Below are positions 8,805-17,434 of a DNA stretch of 32,000 bases, in pieces. The translations under genes and the position numbers were made by a program. Position 1 is the first letter of the stretch, and every line of letters starts with the position of its first letter. The stretch lies in NCBI RefSeq assembly GCF_000011325.1, contig NC_003450.3:90001-122000 (forward strand). The letters are read 5' to 3'. The notes under the pieces are model-generated. The model saw only the letters and a list, made by a program, of their open reading frames with translations, did not search any database and had not been told where the DNA came from. Origin of the DNA: Corynebacterium glutamicum ATCC 13032 (GTDB lineage: Bacteria; Actinomycetota; Actinomycetes; Mycobacteriales; Mycobacteriaceae).

Positions 8805-11582
8805 TTACTCCAGAAGCTGCTGCTTTTCCTGCGCCTGCTGCTCCCAGTACTGCGACTTCGCGGAATCGCCGAAATCTTCATAGATGGAAGACAGTGCATT
8901 TGCGTAGTACAGTGCCTGCTCAGTGGGGATGCCTTCAACCCTGAATGCAGATTCCAGCAGGCTTGCGCCGTCAGTTTCGTGGCCCAATTGGAACAAGTAC
9001 TGTGCACACTGCTCCAACTGGGCAGCTGCATTGGAAGGGTCATCGTTTTGCATGGCCAGGGCAGAAGCGTCGGCTGCTCCGCTGATGCAATCTTCAGGGC
9101 GGGCAAAAGTGAAGTATGCGCGGTTGAGGGATTCCTGCACGTATAGCTTCTGAGCTGTGGTTTCTGCGAGTCCCATTGCGGTGCCCAGGGTTTCCAGCGC
9201 TTCGGTGGAACCGAGGTCTGCCTGGACGATGGCGATGCTGTCCAGCAGTTTCAGTTCAGCTTGGTGTTGATCATCAAGCATTTGAGCATAGGGGAGAGAG
9301 TGGTTGAGCTCCTCCAGCAGTTGCTCGTGCATGTTTTGGGTGTAGAGGACATCCGTGATCATGGTCATCGCTTGGACTGCGAGTTCGAAGTTGCCGAACC
9401 CTGCGGCGTTTTCGCGAGCGTGGCGCAAAATTGCTGCGGCAGCCTGGGGGTCGTGGATAGCAACGGTAGCACCCAAAGGAAGGAGTGCTTCAGTTTCAAG
9501 TTCATCAAGTGTCAGATTCTGCTCGAATTTAGGCAGCAGCAGCTTTTCCAGGATTTCGCGGGCTTCAATTGGTTCAACCTGGGCGAGTTGCATGCCCAAT
9601 CGCAGTTCTTCCTCACGGTGGGGAAGTCCTGCCGCTTGAAGTTCCTCGAAAGCGAGTCGTGCCATTTCAATGGAGCGTTCCTGCCTGCCCACAAATGAGT
9701 AAAGCTGCGCGAACTGGCTGGCGGTGCGGGCAGTGGTTTCACGCATGCCGGCGCCGATCATGTACCCGATAGTTTCATCTAGGATGGCTTCGCCGTTTCC
9801 GGTGTCTTGAACAACGGCATGTTGGCCGAAAATGCTGTCCAAGGCGAGTTCTTGAACAAAGTTTCCCTGTGTACGAAGCTCCTGGTAGCGGGCTACGTCG
9901 AGGTTCTCCGGGCTTTGAGCAAGCAAGATGGTGAACTCGGAGAACTGGGCCTCGAGGTTTTCGAATCTCAGCTCAGGATGGGAAGCGGTTTCCTCGATGA
10001 TCTTGCGGGCGATTGCAAGTGGCTCGTCGTTTTCCTCGCCGTATGGAACAAGATCGATGTTGTCCAATGCCATTTGATTGATGACTGCCCAAGACCTCAA
10101 GTCATCGCGAATCAGTTCCGCTTCGGTGAGGTAAGTCTGGACATCGGGGTTATTCAGCTGGTCAACAGTCTGGGATTCCAAGAAATCGACAGCGCGGTAG
10201 CCCTGGCGGCGAAGCTCCGAAAGGAAAAGTTCGCGTCCTTCTGCTTCTTTTCCAGGCTGATCAAGCAAGGTGATGGCATAAGCCAGACGCTCATAATCAG
10301 AAAGCTCCGCGAGCTCGTCGGCGTTGAGCAGGAATCGCTGCGCATCGGAAAATGCCCTCTTACCATTGGCGATGCAGAAACGGTACAGTTTGTCCTGAGC
10401 ATTCGCAGGCTCAGATGGGGTCGCGGTTTGCGCCTTGAGCAGCAAATTGGAGCCGCCCAATCCCACTGGAATATCCAGGGTGGAATTAGCAATTGAGGCC
10501 TCGAAACGCTTCATGAAATTGTCGTTGCCATTGCGGGCGTCATACTCGCGCGCCAGGTTGCGCGCCAATTCCAGGCAGCGTTCTTTAAGCTTTTCGACGT
10601 TCAGATCCTCATCGTGGCCAAACACCTCTCCAGTACCGGAGACAACAAGATCCCCGAAACCTGCGCGTTCAGTGGAGGACAGCAACGTGTAGGCGCCCAA
10701 GTAAAACTGGAAATGTCCCAGAGTTGCCAAAGGATCCGTGATCAAGCGGTGCTGGTAACGGGTGAGAAAGCCCAAGCCCCTGGAATGGTTTCCAGTGATG
10801 CCGAGGAATTCTAGGTGGCGTCCAACGGAATCAAGGGACTGGAATTCTGGGTTTGCCTTCGCACTGACATCTTGCAGGTAGCGGGCATAATCAGCATCGC
10901 CGGACTTAAGCACACGCAGCATGAACGCAGCGAGGGTGGTCTCTGGTTCCATGACGCAGCCGATGGATCCGTAGCTGATGATTTGGGAGACGAGGTTTTG
11001 GGTTTCGTCGTAATCATCTGCTGCCATTGCGAGTGCCGCTTTTCCTGCAATTTGGCAGGTTGGGCAGTCGTCGAAGGGATCGTCGTGCTGGGAGGCGTCG
11101 ATAAGCTCTTGCAGCTCTAGCGCACGCTCGAGGGAGCCGTTCATCAGGGCGTCGTCGCGGCGCTCAATATTAATCGCGATGCGCGGGATACCCGCGCGCG
11201 TGAAGTGTTCATCCATCTGATCGAGCATGTTGTCCATCTGCTCACGGGTGAACAACACTGAGCTAATGACCAGGTTGAGGGCGTTTTTGTACAGCCAAAA
11301 AAGATCCGGGTAGGAACCGTCGCCCTGGCCTGGGAAGCGAGCCGGATCGCGGTCATGCATGCCGACAGCTGCGGAAAAGTGGGTGAGCATTGAGGTGTGA
11401 TCCTCGTTGATATTGCCCAGCGTGGCCAGAAACAGTCGAGCTTTAAACTCAGTATCTTGATCTTCGGTTTCCTGTGCCACGCTCAATGCAAGTTGAAAAG
11501 CTTCCATCTGCTCATCGTTCATGGGCATATCAATTGCACGATCTAGCAGCGCAGTCGCCGACTGCTCAAAGGCATAATCCAT
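8805..11582 (-). CDS. Large (925 aa) acidic, all-alpha helical-repeat (TPR-like) protein of unknown function, downstream partner of the Hsp90-like ATPase
   Basis: Long uninterrupted ORF whose start lies 26 nt after the upstream gene's stop. Composition is rich in L/A/E/Q/D, with recurring ~34-40 aa amphipathic helix-pair patterns. No Walker, nuclease, kinase or protease motif was seen. There is a single CPTC pair at aa 173-176. Confidence 0.75.
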   Translation of the reverse strand: MDYAFEQSATALLDRAIDMPMNDEQMEAFQLALSVAQETEDQDTEFKARLFLATLGNINEDHTSMLTHFSAAVGMHDRDPARFPGQGDGSYPDLFWLYKNALNLVISSVLFTREQMDNMLDQMDEHFTRAGIPRIAINIERRDDALMNGSLERALELQELIDASQHDDPFDDCPTCQIAGKAALAMAADDYDETQNLVSQIISYGSIGCVMEPETTLAAFMLRVLKSGDADYARYLQDVSAKANPEFQSLDSVGRHLEFLGITGNHSRGLGFLTRYQHRLITDPLATLGHFQFYLGAYTLLSSTERAGFGDLVVSGTGEVFGHDEDLNVEKLKERCLELARNLAREYDARNGNDNFMKRFEASIANSTLDIPVGLGGSNLLLKAQTATPSEPANAQDKLYRFCIANGKRAFSDAQRFLLNADELAELSDYERLAYAITLLDQPGKEAEGRELFLSELRRQGYRAVDFLESQTVDQLNNPDVQTYLTEAELIRDDLRSWAVINQMALDNIDLVPYGEENDEPLAIARKIIEETASHPELRFENLEAQFSEFTILLAQSPENLDVARYQELRTQGNFVQELALDSIFGQHAVVQDTGNGEAILDETIGYMIGAGMRETTARTASQFAQLYSFVGRQERSIEMARLAFEELQAAGLPHREEELRLGMQLAQVEPIEAREILEKLLLPKFEQNLTLDELETEALLPLGATVAIHDPQAAAAILRHARENAAGFGNFELAVQAMTMITDVLYTQNMHEQLLEELNHSLPYAQMLDDQHQAELKLLDSIAIVQADLGSTEALETLGTAMGLAETTAQKLYVQESLNRAYFTFARPEDCISGAADASALAMQNDDPSNAAAQLEQCAQYLFQLGHETDGASLLESAFRVEGIPTEQALYYANALSSIYEDFGDSAKSQYWEQQAQEKQQLLE

Positions 11583-11608
11583 GCCCTCGAGATTAGCGGA
11601 GGATTGTC

Positions 11609-13435
11609 TTAGATATCGGATGACAAAGACAAAGAAACCAGATCTGCCAGCGAATCATTAAGCAGCGCGCGTTCCTTCACCCGCAGTGGCCTCTTGCTGG
11701 ACAACAATGCCTGAACGTAGAGCAAACGCACCGTGCGCGACACCACGGCGGTGTCATCAGTGGACGCCAATTTCCTGACCAGCGAATTGTTCCAATTCAA
11801 GCACAACGCCGACAGTCCCTGATCCTGTGGAATGTTGGCTGTTTGACGGCTCAACGTGTTATCCACCGTTGCCAAAATGTCAGCCCAACGATCAGTGGTT
11901 GCGCTTTGTGTTTCATTGCGATCCCGTGAGGCCTGCGCCTTGGAATCAATGATCACCACGGCAGGAACATCTGCGGGTTCAAAAACCCTCGTTGCGCCCT
12001 TGATCTGAAAATCCTTCAATGATTCCGTGACCTGCGCATCCAGTGCCTTGGCTTTCTCAATGTCCTGCAGCGGCGGAAGCTCCATCAGATCCATGGATTC
12101 GCGCAGGTCAGCAGTAGATACCGTAAGCGGTGGGTAGTGAACGGGAATGAGCCGAGCCAGATCGCTGTCGTGAATGTAGCCGCCATTAATAATCAAGGTG
12201 TCCGGGCGCGCAATGGTGTTGAGCTGCCTGAAATCATCCAACGTGGTAGCCAGCTGCAGCGACACATCCTCGGTGATGGACAACGTGGTGATCTCACCGA
12301 TCGAGATGCGACCACGGGAGGTCTCCAAGGTGAGAAGACCCAACATGGTTTCAGCCAGGTCCGCGTCCGATTGGCACAGCTCGCGCAGGGCAAGATCATG
12401 AATCGCAGTAAATTCCCGCACGCGGTGAGGCTTGGTCATGGCGAGATTAATCAGCCACGATTTAATGCACTCACCGATATGTTCCCTGGTTGCCGCGAAC
12501 GCGGTGTCATCCATGAGCGCTTCACGCGATGCGGTGGGTTCCAAATCGGTTGAATTGATTTCACATTCCACAAAGAACGCCCAGTTGGGCAGCACCGTGG
12601 AAGGCCCATCAGAGACCAACATGCGGTTGACATAAATACTGTGACGCCTGGACATATGCGGAGCCTGGGCCTCCGGCAATACATAAGCCACACCCTCGAT
12701 GCCAGGACCGGTGAGATCGATGACATCAAAAGGAGTTTTACCAAGGCGCTCCCGGCCGGCATACAGCCTGTGCTGCTGATCAGTATCCTTTGCAAACACC
12801 GGCGATGTAGTGATGGTGGTGTTTTTCTCACCCTGCACCACAATAGGAATCGGCAGGTAGCGGCCATAATTACTAGCAATGGTGACCACGGAATTTTCCG
12901 TCAGCAACGTGCGCTCATCAGGGCGCGGAGTCAGGTGCACAGTCGTGCCCACCGGAATGACATCCGTTGCGTCATCCCCAAGAATCTCCAGGTTAAAGGT
13001 GCCATCCGCATGACCAGTCCACCGAATCGCCGACGCACCCTCCGCATGCGACACCATGGTGATCTCATCCGCCACCATGAAACAACTAAGCAGCCCGATG
13101 CCAAATTGCCCCAGGCGACCTTCCCGCTGCAGACCGAATTCATCGCGTTTCGACGTCCGCCCCACCGTCGCCAGCAATTCCCGCGCCTCCTGCGCGGTCA
13201 GGCCCGTACCATTATCAACCAGTGAAAACGTGGCACGATCCTTGGTCACCGGCCGAATACGAATACTCGGCTCGTAGCCCTCCTCACCCTGTTCAGAACG
13301 TGCAGTACAAGCATCAACCGCATTCTGCAGCAACTCACGCACATACACCCTCGGACCGGAATAAATGTGGCGACTCAAAAGATCAACAACGCCGCCGAGG
13401 TCAACTTGGAAATTATCACGTGAGGATTCTTGCAT
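11609..13435 (-). CDS. htpG: Divergent Hsp90/HtpG-family GHKL ATPase (molecular chaperone HtpG-like)
   Basis: N-box YVRELLQNAVDA, G1 DNGTGL and G2 GQFGIGLLS. The middle-domain segment YVNRMLVSDGPSTVLPNWAFFVECEINSTDLEPTASREAL is collinear with E. coli HtpG [40 protein letters not shown], including the catalytic Arg. I prefer the ATG at 13435; an upstream GTG at 13465 is also possible. Confidence 0.85.
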   Translation of the reverse strand: MQESSRDNFQVDLGGVVDLLSRHIYSGPRVYVRELLQNAVDACTARSEQGEEGYEPSIRIRPVTKDRATFSLVDNGTGLTAQEARELLATVGRTSKRDEFGLQREGRLGQFGIGLLSCFMVADEITMVSHAEGASAIRWTGHADGTFNLEILGDDATDVIPVGTTVHLTPRPDERTLLTENSVVTIASNYGRYLPIPIVVQGEKNTTITTSPVFAKDTDQQHRLYAGRERLGKTPFDVIDLTGPGIEGVAYVLPEAQAPHMSRRHSIYVNRMLVSDGPSTVLPNWAFFVECEINSTDLEPTASREALMDDTAFAATREHIGECIKSWLINLAMTKPHRVREFTAIHDLALRELCQSDADLAETMLGLLTLETSRGRISIGEITTLSITEDVSLQLATTLDDFRQLNTIARPDTLIINGGYIHDSDLARLIPVHYPPLTVSTADLRESMDLMELPPLQDIEKAKALDAQVTESLKDFQIKGATRVFEPADVPAVVIIDSKAQASRDRNETQSATTDRWADILATVDNTLSRQTANIPQDQGLSALCLNWNNSLVRKLASTDDTAVVSRTVRLLYVQALLSSKRPLRVKERALLNDSLADLVSLSLSSDI

Positions 13436-13502
13436 ACGCCTATAAAAGCACAGTTTTGAATCCACAGGGCATCAGGGCGTGCAGAAAGATAGTGTGGTGC
13501 GC

Positions 13503-14912
13503 ATGGAAGCAACAACGATCGATGACGCAATCGCGAAGCTCATTGACATCTACGACACCTCGACCAAACTGGCCAAAGAAACCCTCAACAATGAGGACTA
13601 CGCCGCATACGCCGATGTTGTTTACCCCAAACTCACCGTTGACGTGCTGGAATGGAAACCCATCGACCGCACCGAACCCTTCGGCTATGTGGATCGAGCC
13701 GGGCGATACTCCGCCACCTTGTCCAAACCACGCGTGATTGAGCGTTACCTCCGCGAACAACTCGAGCGTCTCACCAGTAATTATCCCTGCAAGATTTACG
13801 TATCTGAGTCAGATATCCGCATCCCACCGGAGTACATTCGCGGCGCACCTTCCGCTACCGAAGCTCGCCGTGCTGGTGATGTTGCAGATATCATCCCACG
13901 CCCCACCCTGGATGAAGTCCACGACGCAATTATCGACGGCGACTGGCACGCCTTCAACGGCCCCGAACTCCCGCTTTTCCACTTCGGGCCGCAACGCTTC
14001 GACATCGCCTGCGCCCGCATCGAGCACTACACCGGCATCAACGTGGAACACGTGCAGAAGTACATTCTGTTCACCAACTACGCCATGCACACCACCGAGT
14101 TCGTGCATTTTGCCATGTCCGAACTCACCTCGGAAGACTCCCGCTACGTGGGTCTATCCTTGCCAAACGGGCAGGTAATTGACCGAGAGACCGCCACCAG
14201 CCTCGGTACGGAAACCCTTGATCTGACTAGCCGTTTCCAAATGCCTCGTTACGATCTCATCACCGAAGCCGGTGACGGTATTACCATTATCAACATCGGT
14301 GTGGGCCCATCCAATGCAAAAACTATCACCGACTGCCTTGCTGTGCTCCGCCCAGAAGCCTGGGTGATGATCGGCCACTGTGCTGGCATGGACGCCCGCA
14401 TGCGCATCGGCGACCTCATCCTTGGCAACGCCTACCAGCGCGAAGACCACATTCTGAATACCCGCATCCCACTTGGTAATCCGATCCCGGCAATACCAGA
14501 AATCCAAAAAGCTCTAGAAGCCAGCGTCGACGAAATCTACGGATCCGACAACAGCCTCATGCGCACCGGTACGGTCTTATCCACCGACGACCGAAACTGG
14601 GAATGGCACACCCCAGAAAACCTCTGGAACTGGCTCAAAGGATCCACCGCCGCAGCTGTTGACATGGAATCTTCCACCTTGGCCACCAACGGATATCGAT
14701 ACCGCATTCCATACGGCACCCTGCTGAGCGTCTCTGACCTGCCACTACACGCAGTGCCGAAACTTCCCGCGCAAGCGCAGGCGTTTTACTCCAACTCCAA
14801 GGAAGCCCACGTCATGTGTGCTGTTCGTGCAATGGAATACCTGGCAGTAGATCCTGAACGGTTGCGTACCCGTAAACTGCGCAGGACCTTGGGTGAGGTG
14901 CCGTTTCGCTAA
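13503..14912 (+). CDS. amn: AMP nucleosidase
   Basis: Collinear with recalled E. coli Amn: ITIINIGVGPSNAKTITDCLAVLRPEAWVMIGHCAGM, TGTVLSTDDRNWE, AVDMES, YGTLLSVSDLPLH, and C-terminal RKLRRTLGEVPFR. An alternative GTG start lies at 13479. Confidence 0.93.
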   Translation: MEATTIDDAIAKLIDIYDTSTKLAKETLNNEDYAAYADVVYPKLTVDVLEWKPIDRTEPFGYVDRAGRYSATLSKPRVIERYLREQLERLTSNYPCKIYVSESDIRIPPEYIRGAPSATEARRAGDVADIIPRPTLDEVHDAIIDGDWHAFNGPELPLFHFGPQRFDIACARIEHYTGINVEHVQKYILFTNYAMHTTEFVHFAMSELTSEDSRYVGLSLPNGQVIDRETATSLGTETLDLTSRFQMPRYDLITEAGDGITIINIGVGPSNAKTITDCLAVLRPEAWVMIGHCAGMDARMRIGDLILGNAYQREDHILNTRIPLGNPIPAIPEIQKALEASVDEIYGSDNSLMRTGTVLSTDDRNWEWHTPENLWNWLKGSTAAAVDMESSTLATNGYRYRIPYGTLLSVSDLPLHAVPKLPAQAQAFYSNSKEAHVMCAVRAMEYLAVDPERLRTRKLRRTLGEVPFR

Positions 14913-14936
14913 AGTCTCGGAGAGTTAGGCCAGTTG

Positions 14937-14957
14937 CGCGGCCATTTTTCAGCCGCG
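14937..14957 (+). terminator. Weak hairpin after amn (CGCGGC-N9-GCCGCG)
   Basis: 6-bp GC stem with a 9-nt T-rich loop, 25 nt after the amn stop. No clear U-tract follows. Confidence 0.25.
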
Positions 14958-15047
14958 TGACGTGTCGCATCGCCGAAACCTTGGCCCACTGACCTGATCA
15001 CTCGGTTGAGAGGCGTGGCAATACAAACAGCACCGAGGATGCGTCCG

Positions 15048-16392
15048 TTAACAATGATGGGTGCACTCGGTGCGAAGGAAGGTGTCGGCGTCGGTAAGCG
15101 CCATCATGTCGCCTCCGTTGCCGGTGACAAGCACGGTGAGGCACTCTTGCCCAGCAGCTGTGGCGACACCTACGGCGGTGGGGAAGCCGAGGCCGATGGA
15201 TTGAAGGCGGTTCCCAAAAGCACGATGCTGTCTCGTGATTCCAGGTCGAAGTAGGTGTTGGCCCCTCCGATGAAGTGTCCGCCATCGGAGGCGACGAACT
15301 TGTTAGCTGGCAAAATACCGTTAAGTTGGCGCATGAGGCTGTGTGGATCGAGTCGGCCGTCGGCTGCAAGGGCGTCGCCGCCAGGGCATGTCAGAGGATT
15401 ATCGTCCAGGTATAGCCGGCGCGGTGCGTGGAAATTTTGTGTACGAAGCTTTAAAAGCACTGCGGCTACAACAGTTGTGTTATCTGCGCTAATGAAATGG
15501 TTAATGCGCGGGTTGGTGGTCTGTGTTTCAAGATCCACTTGGAGCACTTCCGCGAGTTCACCGAAAGCCTCCCCGAATGCCATGGTGAATTGGTTCAAAC
15601 CGGCGCCCAGCACAAGCGCCACGTTGGCTCGGCGTATTTCTGAAGCTGCACCGGTCGCAGCGAAACCTCCACATACGACCAGGTCGCGAGAGTTTCCTGA
15701 GGGATGGAAGAATCCTCGGGCGGGCGCGCTGGTGGCTACATCAGCTGCCAAAAGATCTGCTAATTCCAGGATGCTTTGCTGTGCTTCGCGTGTGCCACGA
15801 CCTGCAAGAGGGAGGGGATTTTGGGCATTGCGTAGAGCTAGGACAAGGTCGGTGACATCGGGAGTTTCTGAAATCCGGGGCGCAGCAGGTATGTAGTCAC
15901 TGTTGGATCGGTGGCTGTGGCAGCTGCTAGGTCATAGGGGATTTCCAGGATCACGTGTGTGTTTTCCGGCGTATTATTCCAAGCCTGAAGAGTTACCGCA
16001 GCAACGTCATCTGCATGCACGGTGAAGGTTTCCACACCTACGGCACGTGCGAGTCCTTGCCGGTCAATGTCGAAACAGCGAGGCCCGGCGCTCGGGGCAG
16101 TGCCCACAACTAAAAGAAGTGGGATACGGGAGAGGGCGACGTCGGCAAGCGTGGTCATGGTGTTGGTGAAACCAGCACCATAGGTGGTGGTAGCGACCGC
16201 CGGGCGGCGGGTGACGCGGTGGTAGGTGTCCGCGGCGGCCACGGTTTCAACTGTGGGGCGGACGGTGATGATGCCTCGCCCGAGGCGTTCTAGGGCATCG
16301 ACGAACCAGGCGTTTCCGTTGCCCATCAGGTCGAAAACGTGATCGGTGCGGGGCATAAGAGTTCGGGCGATAGTTTCTGAAATTGAGTACAC
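15048..16392 (-). pseudogene. Thiamine-diphosphate-dependent enzyme (acetolactate synthase / pyruvate oxidase-like) disrupted by at least two frameshifts and C-terminally shortened
   Basis: The N-terminal TPP_N-like ORF (16392..15838) continues in another frame as the central domain (DLVLALRNAQNPLPLAGRGTRE...VVCGG...). The TPP-binding motif QSIGLGFPTAVGVATAAGQECLTVLVTGNGGDMMAL appears in a third frame after an apparent 1-nt loss near 15203. Confidence 0.75.
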
Positions 16393-16626
16393 AGTGGTCT
16401 CCAGTAAAAGGAAAATTTTGAGGGCCAGATGTGTCTCTGCCCGCTTGAATTCAACTGGGCTCTTGTTACTGGCACTAATGTTCCTTTTTCAAACACTGGA
16501 TCAGAGTACTTCGCCAGAAAACTGGATCAGTTGAACCTGACCGCCGACATGTTCAGATTGGAACGCGACAAAAACTGCACAAGTTCTTAGCCTAGTCATC
16601 GGGCGAGTGGCTTTCCGTGCGCGTGC

Positions 16627-17178
16627 TTAAACTGCTGCGATTTCAACGTCAGCAAGATCATTGCCGGAAGTGTCATCGAGGTCTATTTTCCATTTCAGCT
16701 GGCCGTCGTCTTCGTCTAATTCAACAGAATCAATAATTCCGTCTGGGTATTGATCCAGCGCTAGGCCAATGGCTTGAGCTGCGGTGACTGTGGCTGCGTG
16801 AGCTTCGCGGATGTCGTCATCATCATCGTTGTCGCGGTCGTCGGTATGGATCTGGCCACTGGTGGTGACATCAAGTTCAAGGACTTCTTGGCCAACCACA
16901 ACATCGACTTCGTATTGATCGGAGGAGTCTTCGCGGTCAATGTCGGTGATGATCCTGTCGGGGTATTGGGCAAGGACGATGTCGATGATGTCGAATACCG
17001 GATCGTCATCAATCACGGCAGAGGTGGCGGTACTTGAGGAGGTAGAAGTGGTGGCATCTACTGCAGAAGCAGTTTCGCTGGAAATGGTGGATTCTGCTGT
17101 TCCAGTATCGGTGGAGCTGCAGCCAGCGAGGATAAGAGGAGCGGATATGAGCGCGAGGAAAAGTTTTGCGTTCTTCAT
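16627..17178 (-). CDS. Secreted acidic lipoprotein with two PepSY-like modules
   Basis: The start at MKNAKLFLALISAPLILAGCSS gives a signal peptide plus LAGC lipobox. A Ser/Thr-rich linker follows. Two repeats resemble PepSY (LAQYPDRIITDIDRED...YEVDV and LDQYPDGIIDSVELDEDDGQLKWKIDL). Confidence 0.75.
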   Translation of the reverse strand: MKNAKLFLALISAPLILAGCSSTDTGTAESTISSETASAVDATTSTSSSTATSAVIDDDPVFDIIDIVLAQYPDRIITDIDREDSSDQYEVDVVVGQEVLELDVTTSGQIHTDDRDNDDDDDIREAHAATVTAAQAIGLALDQYPDGIIDSVELDEDDGQLKWKIDLDDTSGNDLADVEIAAV

Positions 17179-17434
17179 GTATTCAACCCTATGAAGTGAA
17201 TATGAAATGAAGATGAGAGGTTGTTTTAGGTGGCAAAACGGGGGTATCAGCAGGCTGAGGGGAAAGCGTGTGCGCTGCGCTTTTAACAATTTCAGCTGCG
17301 TAAAAAGGGGTGCGGTGGTTAAAAATCCATATTTGGGATTATGTTGGGGGCCACATCTGAAAATAGTTGCTGGGATCCATCACACCTACGATGCGAAACG
17401 GCACCCACACCGCTGATCTTGAAGGAGAACCACC

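Noticed and set aside
8649-9146. 165-aa plus-strand ORF overlapping the 3' end of the 925-aa gene
   Set aside because: It is antisense to a much longer, better-supported ORF. Its Leu/Arg/Pro-rich low-complexity translation is typical of GC-rich shadow ORFs, and it has no RBS.
15255-15896. 213-aa plus-strand ORF across the TPP-enzyme pseudogene
   Set aside because: It is antisense to clearly homologous TPP-enzyme sequence. Its Ala/Arg/Ser-rich composition marks it as a shadow ORF. The same reasoning applies to 14998..15369 (-), an Arg-rich wrong frame of the pseudogene.
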